From Mobula hypostoma (Eukaryota): a stretch of DNA of 64,000 nt. The stretch spans positions 131,256,001 through 131,320,000 of the forward strand of contig NC_086097.1 in the NCBI RefSeq assembly GCF_963921235.1. Direction: 5' to 3'. Positions 37,803-49,522 of this stretch are shown piece after piece (within the stretch, counting starts at the first letter, position 1; each line of letters begins with the position of its first letter). A program made the translations under genes and the position numbers. A model generated the notes under the pieces. That model did not search any database and was not told the DNA's origin. It saw only the letters and a list, made by a program, of their open reading frames with translations.

Positions 37803-37937
37803 CTGATGAACCGATCAATGGTCTCATCTCAAATGGACAGTTCTTTATTCCCTTCTGTAGATGCTGCTTGACCTGCTGAGTTCCTCCAGCATTTCGTGTG
37901 TTGCTCTATATTTCTAACATCTGCAGAATCTCTTGTA
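37803..37937 (+). mobile_element. Penelope-like pLTR remnant
   Basis: CTGATGAA...TAGATGCTGCTTGACCTGCTGAGTTCCTCCAGCATTT...CATCTGCAGAATCTCTTG. Confidence 0.75.
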
Positions 37938-38021
37938 TTACTGACCAGATAATCTGTTTTAGTGACTTTGATTAATGGACAGGTATTGGCTAGGAAATTT
38001 GGTGGGGGCCCTCCATGGTCT

Positions 38022-39210
38022 CAGAGTCACAGAGTCATAGAAAACTGCAGTACAGACGCAGGCCCTTTGGCTTATTCAGTCTGTGCCGAACAATTTACAC
38101 TGTTTAGTCCCATTGACTTGCACTCGGATCATAGCCCTCCCATCCACGTACCTATCCAAACTTCTCTTTGATGTTGAAATCGAAATGGCATCCACTACTT
38201 GCGCTGGAAGCTCATTCCACCCTCTGAGTGAAGAAGTTTGCCCCTCATGTTCCCTTAAACATTTCACCTTTCACTTTTAACCGATGACCTTTAGTTGTAG
38301 TCCTAGTCAACCTCAGTGGAAAAAGCCTGCTTATATTTATCCTATCTGTACCCCTCATAATTTTGTATACCACTATCAAATTTTCCCTCAATCTTCTACA
38401 ATCTAGGGATTAAAGTTCTAATCTACTCGGTTTTTCCTTTTAACTCAAGTCCTCCAGTCCTAGCAACATCCTTGTAAATTTTTTTTTGATCTTTTTCAAT
38501 CTTATTTACATTTTTCCCAAAGGCAGGTGATCAAAACAGCACACAATACCATTTTAATTCTACTTCCGATTCTCATTCTGATATGTCTATAAGGCCACAC
38601 TTAGGTTGGAGAAACAACACCTTATATTCTGTTTGGGTAGCCTCCAACCTGATGGCATGAACATCGATTTCTCAAACTTCCAGTAATGCCTCCCCCCCTT
38701 CACCATTTCCCATCCCCTTTTCCCTTTCTCATGTTATCTCTTTGCTTGCCCATCGTCTCCCCCTGGTGCTCCTCCCCCTTTTTTTTCTTTCTTCCATGGC
38801 GCTTTGTCTCTTTCACCAATCAACTACCTAGCTCTTTGCTTCATCCCTCCCCCTCCCAATTTCACCTATTGCTTGACGTTCCCTCTCCCCTCACCCCACC
38901 TTTCAAACCTAATCCTCAGCTTTTTCGCTCCAGTCCTGCCGAAGGAGTTTGGCCTGAAATGTCGGCCGTACTTTTTTCCATAGGTGCTGCCTGGCCTACT
39001 GAATTCCTCCAGCATTTTCTGTGTATTGCTCAGATTTCCAGCATTTGTAGATTTTCTCTTGTTTGTGACACAATACTCCAAATTAGGCCTCACTACTGTC
39101 TTATACAATTTCAGCATAACATTTCAACTCCTGTACTCATACTTTGATGTATGAAAGTCAATGTGCCAAAAGTTGTCTTTACGACCTTATCCACCTGTGA
39201 GTTGTCATGG
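38022..39210 (-). mobile_element. CR1 3' fragment interrupted by a Penelope-like insertion
   Basis: MLKLYKTVVRPNLEYCV on one side and WNELPAQVVDAISISTSKRSLDRY on the other. Tail CAGAGTCACAGAGTCATAG. Confidence 0.85.
38550..39067 (+). mobile_element. 5'-truncated Penelope-like insertion with 9-bp TSD
   Basis: GIY-YIG C-terminus (RLEKQHLIFCLGSLQPDGMNIDFSNFQ*), pyrimidine-rich 3'UTR and pLTR. ACACAATAC at 38541-38549 and 39068-39076. Confidence 0.9.
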
Positions 39211-39339
39211 GATATTAATTTCTGTATTTGTAGGATATGTTTGTATGTGGAATATATGTTTGTAGGAGGTATACACTGATGGGTTTGGTATCTTGACACC
39301 CATATTCCAGTGTACTGTCACTCACACTGGTACCTTTAG

Positions 39340-39475
39340 GAATCATGCATCTGAGACAGTGCTGCACTGCTTCCCAGTTGCAGATTCTCATCCTGAATCA
39401 CTGCATGGGGATGGAAATGTGAAACACACTGAGTCAGTGACAAGAGTACTCCCACTGAATATGCTTTCCACGGAC
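39340..39475 (-). mobile_element. DeuSINE (SacSINE1-like) head remnant
   Basis: Minus strand TCAGTGGGAGTACTCTTGTCACTGACTCAG...GCAGTGCAGCACTGTCTCAGATGC. Confidence 0.45.
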
Positions 39476-41377
39476 ACTCCCAACAAGAATTTCAGGACAT
39501 CAAGCACGTTTTTGATCATAGCTGCATTAGAGGGGGGAGTAGTTGGGAAAGAAAGAGGAAGTGCCATTTAAGTCAGCAGCGTTAGAGGAAACGTGCAAGT
39601 TCCAAGATGTGTAGTGAGAGAGTGATGCAAGACACAGCAACAGGACCCAAAAGTAGAGTGAAATAAGAGTTTGGGGCTTTTTGGCTGTAATTACGGCTGA
39701 ACAATAAATGCTGTGTCTAAGGAACAGAATAATATATATCTGTCTTAAATAGACTGGGGGGTGGGGTTACTAGTTGGTATCTGTGGAAATGCTTGCATGA
39801 CCACAGGGAGTTAACAAGGTAATGATAGCAGTGAAGGGTTTGGAAAATAAAAACCATTGGAGCACACTGCAATCAGTGCCTGATTCCTGCCCGGCACTTC
39901 TGGGATAGTAAAGAATTCCTTTGTCTTTCACTTAGGCTCTTCAGATATTTGCTGCTGTTAATGCATAGCATGCAGACATAAAAAACAAGTTAGCCTGTCT
40001 ATTAAAAATAAAAGGAGTCTGTCCAAAATTAATTTATGACTTCTAGTAAAGTTTTATTTCACACGCTCATGTATATATATATGTCTTTTACATAGGTATA
40101 TGTTATAATGCATGCATAGAAACCATACAGTGGAATGTCAGCCGGCTATGGATTAAACTCAGAGATTTATCTGGAAAGATTTGTCACTCCAATAATTCTA
40201 TTTCTCCACTCCAGAACAATGAGCAAAAATGGACTAAAACCCATGCAATGAGGTTTAATCTCATTAGAATTCCTTGTCTGAGCTGACCTTGGAAAGATAC
40301 TAACCACTGTGAGTGACATTGTGCACTGGAATCTGGGTACCAGGGGACTTGTCCTATCAATGCTTTGGTGATACTTATTGTGCATTGGGTACAAAGGTAT
40401 TTTCTGCAAATAAATGTACTGAGCAGATGCAGGAAGGTAAAGTATTTCTTATTTCAGGAGTTGAGCTTTTTTTTTGCGCTGTTCAATCATGTTTTTGAGA
40501 AAGCACTTGGTTTATTTTACATACACACATCAGACTTTTTAAACTTCACAGGCAGTTTCAGGCCCAGTCAGTCCTTTTGCTACTGTTTTATTTACTGCTC
40601 CCCTGCAAGCTCCGTGATGAAATGTTTTTCAAATGACTAGTTTCTGGCTGGTCTGCATGAGTGGACACTGACCAGGAAAGGTCTGGATGGCTTAATTACC
40701 GAAGGTCGTTCACTACAAAAGTGCCAGATGAAGGGTGCTGCTGTATCTTCCATCAGTGGGTTGGGAAGTGAACAAGAAATGGCTGCTGAAACTAGCCAGC
40801 AACTGATCCTCTCTCTAAGCTTCCTGGCGGGGTCCAGCAGTAGGGAAGAAGATGAGGGGTGGGGAGAAGATGAGGCCTTTATATCCTACAGTGCAGTACA
40901 CACCCTATTCCATCTTACATTAAAATAAAGTGTGCTCCTTTCTCCATTTCCCCTGGAGGGACAACAACAGCAGCTTAATAGAGTCAAAATTGCACATGTG
41001 ACCCAGGATGCCCATCAGTTCCGACCCTGAAGGTGACTGAAATGAGCCCTGTCAATCTGAAACAGCTGTATCTACTGCCTGACCTTGTGATCGAAGTCAT
41101 CAGCCGGGCCAGACATCACCATTTGGGTGATTCCTCATGTCTTACTGCTTTGCTCCCATTCAGCACCTTCCAGGACAAGATACTGAGGGGTTTTGACAGC
41201 TTGGAAGTGTGGTGCCAGTGGGAGAACCTATTGCTCAGTTTACCATTTAACGTGTTCTCGGCTATTTAAGACAGATTTATGTTTTCTCTCCCAGATTCTT
41301 TGGAACCCCTTTTGCAAAGGCTGATTAAAGCAAAGTCTATGAAAACATTAAAGGCAGAGGTAGATAAGATTCTCAAT

Positions 41378-41760
41378 AAGCAAGGAACTTGAAGCTCTCA
41401 GCCCTCTTGACCTTAGCACTATTGATACAAACCAAAATGTGCATAGCACCTCCTGTCGTGTGTTCAATGATCAGCTCCTTTGTTTTACTGACATTGAGGG
41501 AAATATTGTTGTCATGACACCATGTCACCAGACTCTCTATCTCCTTCCTATACACTAACTAACCTACCTTATTGCGACCTTGTAACTTATTGCCTACATG
41601 CACTCATTCTCTGTAACTTTATTCAGTAGAATGCTATCGCCTTTCCCTTGTTCTACCTTGATGTACTGTTATGATGAAATGCTCTTCATGGATGGCATGC
41701 AAAACCAAGTTTTCACTGTACCTTGGTGCATGCAACAGTAATAAACCAAATTACCAAGTT
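41378..41760. mobile_element. Rex1/Babar-type copy with inverted 5' segment
   Basis: 41378-41555 encodes YRKEIESLVTWCHDNNISLNVSKTKELII on minus. The abutting 41560-41760 is the family 3'UTR on plus (..GTAATAAACCAAATTACCAAG). Confidence 0.7.
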
Positions 41761-41846
41761 AAACTGCTGAGCAGGTGGTAGTTGTGAGTAAGAAGCTGAG
41801 ATTGCAATTTAGTCACCTATGATTTTATTAATAGTGGCTAAGCCTG

Positions 41847-42254
41847 TCCTCCAAGAGGACTACAACCTTGTTGTGGTTTGGAGGCTTACCTGCTACCTGC
41901 CTCGAGGATCCAGAGGACTATGCTGGCTGGAATCGAGGCCTCATGCTTTGGCTCATGGTAGGGTCACCCATGCTAAACAGGTCAAAGGCTAGAGGCCAGA
42001 CTAAGAGTGGTCCAGGTTTCAGGGGTTCAGCTCATGGATAACAACCTTGAGTGATCATACAAGGCTGTCATGGGAAAAACAACGAATAACCTTTCTACAT
42101 CTCTATGAGTCTCCATCCGGAACTTGCATGGCTGACAGTAGTGAAAACCAAGGGGAAGCTACTGGTATGATGAAGGGGTCAAGGACAGACAGAGATGGAG
42201 GACCTCCTTTGCTGCCCTAACTGCCAATGGCATTACAGGCAGTAAGTACGTAAG
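41847..42254 (+). mobile_element. Non-autonomous bipartite RTE derivative (5'UTR fused to 3' tail) with 8-bp TSD
   Basis: Expander/BovB-like 5' motifs ACCTTGTTGTGG, GGTAGGGTCACCCATG and CCAGACTAAGAGTGGTCC. The 3' end reads GACAGACAGAGATGGAGGACC..GCTGCCCTA..(GTAA)n. TAAGCCTG at 41839-41846 and 42255-42262. Confidence 0.75.
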
Positions 42255-42369
42255 TAAGCCTGAGGGGCTGAGTGGCCTACTTCTGCTCGTAATTTGTATA
42301 TTTAATGTTCATATGATAAAGCACTCCACTTGACTGACAAACCATCAAACACCACAAACCTTCAAACGT

Positions 42370-42915
42370 CTCTCTCTACCACTCACCGTAGATGCAGGAA
42401 TGTAGTGGAGTTATTTGCTTAGGTTTCTCCGACAGCAACACCCAAATCTGTGGCCTTTATCACTAAAAGGAAAGAAATGTCAAGCCCATGACAACACAGC
42501 CTCTTATAGGCACTCATCACACTGATATGCTAATTGGTCACTGTTTCTATATTTTTGCTGGGTGGAAATGCTGGAACTCCCGACCTATCGGCACTGTGGG
42601 AGCCCTTTCATCAGAAGGACCGCAGTGGTTGCAGTGGTTGTCTGTATTTAGAAGGAGTTACTAGAGGAAGTGTTTGAAGCAGGTATATTAATAATATTTA
42701 AAAGGTACTTGCATAAGTACTTGGATATGAAGGATCTGGAGGCTTATGAGCCAAATGCATGCACATTGAATTTGCTTGGTCAGCATGGGCCATTTGGATT
42801 GAGGTACCTGTAAGCATACGCTGTATGACTGTATGACTCAAAGGTGGTTCACCATCACATTCTCAAGGACAATTAGGGATTGGAAATACAGAGCTCTCCC
42901 CAGCTTATCAATGCC
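42370..42915 (+). mobile_element. CR1/L2-type 3' end with a CR1 tail (42640-42838) inserted
   Basis: GGAACTCCCGACCTATCGGCACTGTGGG..GCAGTGGTT | AAAGGTGGTTCACCATCACATTCTCAAGGACAATTAGGGAT. The inner copy ends CTGTATGACTGTATGACTC. Confidence 0.6.
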
Positions 42916-43294
42916 TGACTTATGTACTGACCATACAAATGAACAAGCGTTTGGGAGACTGTGGAATGGTTGGGGATGGATTTGCCAGCTGCTGTGGGTC
43001 TGCAGGCATCTTTTGCCACCTAGGTCCTCTGTTTATGACCACGTTTCTGACTTGCAAACTGTTCGTGGTTTGATCGGTTCACAGGAATGGAACCCTGCCA
43101 TCACCTGGGGAGGGTCTGTATCTGTTGGTCCTGCCAACAACACACATGAGATTTAAAGAGAAACTTCCTTCTCAGCCACAATGACTGAAGCACCTTCTAC
43201 CGTGGTCAGACTGAGATCCATAATAAGAACAAGAAACCAGCCATATAACCCAGTGGATAAACTAACAGGGCCATCCAACATTGTGAATGAAAAT

Positions 43295-43395
43295 AAACTG
43301 TAGATGCTAGAAAACTGAAATAAAAATGCTGAATGCCAGAAACACTCATCAGGTCAGGCAGCGTCTGTGGAGAAAATGAAATATTCAATATTTCA
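43295..43395 (-). mobile_element. Penelope-like pLTR remnant (different subfamily)
   Basis: CTGTAGATGCTAGAAAACTGAAATAAAAA..ACTCATCAGGTCAGGCAGCGTCTGTGGAG. Confidence 0.65.
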
Positions 43396-43399
43396 AAGA

Positions 43400-46300
43400 G
43401 CCACTGGGCTATCTGATCAGCAAACTGTGATCCAAGGAAACATAGTAAGGAATTTTGTAGTTATTTGTTTGTTTAATGCAATTTGTTGTTCAAAAGTGGC
43501 TTTTCTTGACAAGATTTAAGATAGCGATCTAATGTTAAAATATTTCTAGTTCTCTCTTGTTCCCTCTTTCTCTTTCAATTCATTATTAACCAAATCTGTC
43601 TTAATAACAAAGGAACAATGAACAATAAATGATATGATTTTCTGATTGTGAATGCAAGCTGGTCACAGTAAAGGGTATATAGGCTCTTGAACAAACAGAA
43701 AAGATTACACACATTCAAAAAAAGATACAGTTAAAGTCCCTTGTTCAGTTTAAAAAGGTGAGTTAAAATAAAATAGTCACAATTTGCTTGACACTCAAAG
43801 CCTTTCCAGAAAGCTGAGCAGGTCTTAATATATGAAGCCACACAGAAACATAGTGGAGGCTGTGTTTTTCAATTTAGTAAAAGTGCTTGAATTTCCGTCA
43901 GAACCACTTATACCAATATGTAATATAACACTGGTGCAACACAAGCCTGGTAGTAGTCATTTCTGAAACAATCCACAGTCAGCCATGCCCATCTATACTG
44001 CTAGGACATTTTGTTTGGCCTTATGATATTATTCAAAGCAATATTTTTTTCAAATAACCATGGTGAATTTGTTTTATATATAAGATGCTGGTGTTGTACA
44101 TTCTGCTAATCCAAGTTCTGATTAAGGGAAGGAATCTCCAAGCCCATTATTCCTAATGACAAGAGCATGATCTTTTGTGCAGGCTTAAACATTAGCTGTC
44201 GAAACAGAGGAGAAGAAGTGTTCATAGATATCAGTGATCTCAGCCACAATTGAGAAATTGGCCCTTCTAACGCACAACAAAAGTGATACAAAAGAATTAC
44301 ACCCTCCCTAAAGTCTATTTCCTCTGTATAATCACACAAAATGATTTTTCTTAAATATGATAATAAATCACAGCAAAAATCAATGTGACATAGTCCAACT
44401 GCTATGGCCTGATAACGCATCAATCAATATTTAGTATTTAGATTTTAATTAATACATAGCAGTGAGGATGCCTTTTAAGAGAAAAATATTATCTCAGATA
44501 AAAAATCCAACCGCAGTGGTATACAAAAGTTGTTGCCTGTATTTGTCATTGATCAATAAGCTAGCACTCTGATTAAAAACCCCTTTGAAAATGCCAGGCA
44601 GGAGCATAAACAGCTTGAGCTGGTGTGTGCCTCCAACATTGCAGTCTGACTGGGACACTGCATGAATTTAGGTCCAGCAAACCAGCACAGGAAATTCTCA
44701 AAACCAAAATCCATCTGGTTCTGAGTGCTTGGCACTTATCCAGCTTAAAAGAAATCATGAATTTTCAGATTTTTATGCTGAAAAAGTTATTTTTTGTTTT
44801 TAAAAAAGAGCTGTAAACTTTTGCCAACATTTATATGACAGGGTTAAGTAAAATTAAAACATCAAGGAGAAAAATAAATGGTTAACAATTAGATAGCTGC
44901 AGAAAAAGATTAATTGCATTCAACCAAGCTGCAACAGATGATTTGAGCTCTCTAATCATGAGAGTAATTTACTCATAATAAAAGATAGATGCAACTAAGT
45001 GTCCAGAAGTTGTGCAATATGCAGTTAAAGTGCACAATTTATTCTAGTGTATGAAATTGTTTGTTTTAATCCAGTTTTTAACTTGGGAAAATGGTTATGT
45101 CAAAAGAGGACAACAGGTTTAGTGAACTCTTTACCAATGACATTATCAATCAGATTGAATCCTCTGCTTGACATAATAAATACTGCAGGTTAATTACGGA
45201 TCTTAGGAAAGAAAGGATACATGTGGATATAAGAGCAGAAATAGAGGAACTCTTCACAATCCAGAGTGCACTGACATTCTTTTTATATTGCTTGTCTGAG
45301 GCACAGATCAGGTTGACTAGTGTTTATTGGAACTATCAATTTTAACATAAATTTATGATGCCTGCAATTTATGTAGTACTGATGTATCTCCGGACAACAT
45401 TAGCACTTTGTTTATTGATTAAAAATGACTATGGTTACATCTAATTCATATTTTTTAATATACTTCAACGAATGTCAGTATATATATTCATTTAAATAAG
45501 TTAGCTCTTTTATAAATATATTTTTAAACATAACAATCTGTACAATGAGTAATTATTTTGCATAAACTTTGGTGACAATAAACAAATTTCAAACCAGCAA
45601 AATGGTGCCTAGCCTTTTGCTAAGATAAGATCGTACCTGAGATTTTAACCTTACTTTATAGCCTCTTCGTGAGAATTCACTGATGTTGGGACTTAGAAAG
45701 ATTGTTAGTTTTTCATTGGTGAGGACTGCTCCTAGTAAACTCCTTAGAAAAAAATTGCCTATTTGGAAAGTAGAGAAATGTGAACTTTTAAGGCAACAAT
45801 CAAGATTCAGTATGTGGAGAGATGTGAAATCTTCAGAGATCTAGAGTTAATTTCCAACTTATTCTCTAAAGGTAAAAAAATATAAAAGTGTATGAAATAG
45901 AAGGCAAACCGACTAACATTTTAAAGGGCAAATGGCATTTGGAAGTTTACATCTGGAGAAACACAGACCAAGCATTACATCTGTTTGCAATATTTTCTTT
46001 CAAAGAATGGTCAAATAATAAAATTTCTGTTAACTCCTTAATATATCTTACACTTTATTATATTTTATAAAGGCAGAGATTTACTGAAAAGCAAATGATT
46101 TTGTGAACTCCATGTACCGTTTAGAGTTGATAATAAGATATCTGTGACTTGAAATGGTCACCCCTCCAAACAATTGGCTCTCAAAATTTGAGATAAGTTT
46201 GCCTTTGCAGCTATCTAATGCAACAGAAAAATGCTTTTTATCAACTGCATTTTCCACTGGAAATTTTATCCTTTGTTTACCATTTCTTCCCCATCAAGAA

Positions 46301-48290
46301 AAAAGTCTGTGACTTCTCTTTCAAATCAAATAACTTTCCAAAGCACAAACTACTCAATGATTTTTTTAAAAAAATGCTGCAAATAAGATGGACTTTGCTG
46401 ATGTACATGATTGTTTTATTTTTAGACATCATGAAATCAGAATGAAGGATCCAGACCTAGATTATAAAGAAAGCTTCTGACATGACAGGCAGTGGGTAGA
46501 CAGGGTTGTTAGTTTACGTAGGCTGTAGGCTGAATCAACTGGAAAATTTTGATCACTTTAATTTACTATATCCAGCATGCCTGCTTGACTTGTCCACCAC
46601 TTTTATCAAGGCTTGTGAGGCAGTATTGATTTTTTTATTTTCTATGTAGGATAAGAAGACAGAGAGTTAGCAGCAACAGTGAATGTAGAACTTTCCTCAG
46701 ATTACTGCTATTCTCTAGTTTATTGCATTCTGTCGTTTGCAGTTTCAGATGATGTTCAGTATGTCAGGATTACTTCAAGCAGGAAATAAGGTGAATAACA
46801 ATAGAGGATGCTGGAAGAGAAGGATTGAAAAAATGGGCAAAGTAAAAAAAGAAATGGGTTTGTGAAGAAGAGAAGCCGATGCAGGAACCAGAAACTGAAA
46901 ATGCTGGTAAATTACTGTTGTAAGTCACGAGAACCTTAACGTGTTAAGAAAAATATTACATTGCAATAAAATAGAAGATATGCTGTTGGTTATTTTTTTT
47001 TGTCTTTGAAGCACATAATCACACCAAAGTCTTTAACCGCTTAAAAGGCAATTAGTCAAAGCATTGCATATGCCTGTTCTGACACAGTGGATTAGATTAA
47101 ACTGCTTAAGTGGCAAGAATGTTCCTAGGTGTACATTTGTTAAAGCTTGTAACAATGCACTTCACTCAAGGTAATCAGCTGTGCTTAATACTAAGATTTA
47201 CAAATAAAAGAAAAACAAAATAAGACCAAGCCTAGGGGGTAGATGAGTTTTAAATAAATGCTATTACAAGATAAAGCATGAAATGTGTGCAAATGCAATC
47301 AACTGCGTAACAAGCAAACAAAAATAAAATTGAATCCTGCTCATATGGAAACACAATTTAAACTTTATATTTAACGAACTGGATATTACAATTCTACCTC
47401 CTGCAGAAAAATACTGTGTCAATCACATCCTCAGTTTGTCAAAATCACTAGATTAGACATACAATCTTTCACAATCAAAGGTTTTGATTTGTATTTCTTG
47501 TTCTCTTGTTTTAGAAGTATTGTGCAGATTTTGGTAGCAGCTAAGGTGAACAGGAATTTGTTTTTAACCCCATTCTTTTAAACTTAAAGCAGTTGCAAAT
47601 AATAATAACTAATTTCAGTCTTAGATCTCTTATTTTTTTCAGAGTATTATTAGCTTTAAAATACAACATTGCTCTGGGTTTCCCACTTCCATTTAGCCAC
47701 TGGAATTGATAAACATGATTGAATTGAAAAGATCATTAAATAGACACAAGTTTATGACAACATAAATGAAGAGTTTTAGTATCTAGATCACTCATTAAAC
47801 ATAACGAGAAACAAGTTCTGTATGAAAGAACGATATTAATGATTAAGTTTCTATTTGCCACGATAAATCCAGTTAAAGCAAAACCAGTCAAATTAATTAA
47901 ATGGCAAGCTTGATTGGAAAAGAAACCTTCTTCCAAAGAAATGCAAAGCAAATTGTGCGTTCATAAAATGTTCTCTGGGGTGGTTGCCCAGCCAGAATTT
48001 GGCCAGGTTAATTGTACTACCTCGTACCACACAGGATCTCATTACTCTCATATATACATTTTCATTTACGTTTGTTAGTGGCAGCAAGCAACAATTTTTT
48101 GCACGTCAGTAGCAGTTTGCAGACTCAGCTGCTGGGTACTTCCAGGTTTTTATTGTTCTTGTTTCTCAAACTGAATTTTCTCCCTCTTGTTCTTGATGGA
48201 GCTGAAACTTGCTGTGCTCAGATTTGGACAAGCATCATTTCTCTGCATTCCGGTCAAGTGGCTATTTGCTGAGCTGAGCAAGTTGCTTTA
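43400..48290. promoter_or_regulatory. ~5 kb transposon-poor block, candidate cluster of conserved enhancers
   Basis: No recognisable TE. AT-rich complex sequence with many homeodomain, Sox and Fox-like motifs (AACAATG, TCATAAAA, TAATTAAATG, TAATTACGG). Confidence 0.4.
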
Positions 48291-48902
48291 CTATATAGCA
48301 GCCATCACAGTCAAGCTTGTGATCATCCAAAGTTTGTGAAGAGTACTTTGTGCAGATGGCAGAGACATTGAGTGGTTTCTCTACTCAGATGGGCTGCCTT
48401 CAGGTCACTGTGAGTATGGTTCAACTCAGCCAGGGGTTTCTTTGACACTGAAGCTGAGAACCACACTGATGGTTCACAGTGATTGGTTTAGACATTAATG
48501 GGATGGATCTTCTGCTGCTTTAGATTGCTGGTTGTCTACCCTTCAACCAGGCTTAAATCCTGGGTGCATTCTTCTGCGGAAAACCCTGCTCCCAGCTCAT
48601 CAGCCTGGAGCAGGGCAATGCAGGAGCTCTTTGATTGTGGTTGGCTGCACTTGCAGAATAGTTTTGACAGCGAGTGGTGCTCCATCAGAGCTGCTGATTA
48701 AATTTTAGGTCTGTGAATTTTTAACATTCATAGACATCCAAAGTCCGGATCTGTTGAAATGAATATTTCTTTTAAATTATAAGGTTCATACACCAAAATG
48801 CACGTGCACATTTACACGCACAGATGCATGTATGAACGCATTTATGCATGCATGCAAGCAAAAACAGAAACACACTCACACATACTCCCTTGCACATGAC
48901 TG

Positions 48903-48904
<2 letters not shown>

Positions 48905-48949
<45 letters not shown>
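48905..48949. repeat. (CA)n microsatellite
   Basis: About 22 perfect CA units. Confidence 0.97.
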
Positions 48950-48951
<2 letters not shown>

Positions 48952-49157
48952 TAAAATAGGCCATGGTTTCCTCAAGGGAAAATCTTGCCTGACAAATCTG
49001 TTGGAATTCTTTGAAGAAATAACAAGCAGGATAGACAACGGAGAATCGGTTGATGTGGTGTACTTGGGTTTTCAGAAGGCCTTTGACAAAGTGCCACACA
49101 TGAACACGAGGAATTCTTCAGATGCTGGAAATTCAAGCAACACACATCAGACTGCTT

Positions 49158-49487
49158 TTAAAAAAAAAATTCATTTATGGGATGTGGGCGTCGCCAGCTA
49201 AGCCAGCATTTATTGCCCATCCCTAGCTGTCCTTGAGAAGGTGATGATGAGCTGCCTTCTTGAACCGCTGCAGTCCCTGAGGTGTAGGTACACCCACAGT
49301 GCAGTAAGGGAAGGAATTCCATGATTTTGACCCAGCATCAATGAAGGAACTGCGATATGTTTCCAAGTCAGGATGGTGAGTGACTTGGAGGGTGATTTCA
49401 AGCAGTGGTGTTCCCAGGTTTCTGCAGTTCCCATCCTTCTACATGGTAGTGGTCGTGAGTCTGGAAGGTGCTGCCTTGGGAACTTTG

Positions 49488-49489
<2 letters not shown>
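49158..49489 (-). mobile_element. CR1/L2-type LINE 3' end nested in CR1
   Basis: Minus strand CAGCGGTTCAAGAAGGCAGCTCATCATCACCTTCTCAAGGACAGCTAGGGATGGGCAATAAATGCTGG...CCCACATCCCATAAATGAA. Same family as 42370-42915 and 54705-54990. Confidence 0.8.

Positions 49490-49518
<29 letters not shown>
49490..49518. repeat. (TG)n microsatellite
   Basis: Direct TG repeat. Confidence 0.95.

Positions 49519-49522
<4 letters not shown>

Larger units (their letters stand above)
41340..42300 (+). mobile_element. CR1 3' end hosting two nested insertions
   Basis: TTAAAGGCAGAGGTAGATAAGATTCT..., ...ATGATTTTATTAATAGTGGCTAAGCCTG | AGGGGCTGAGTGGCCTACTTCTGCTC. Confidence 0.65.
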
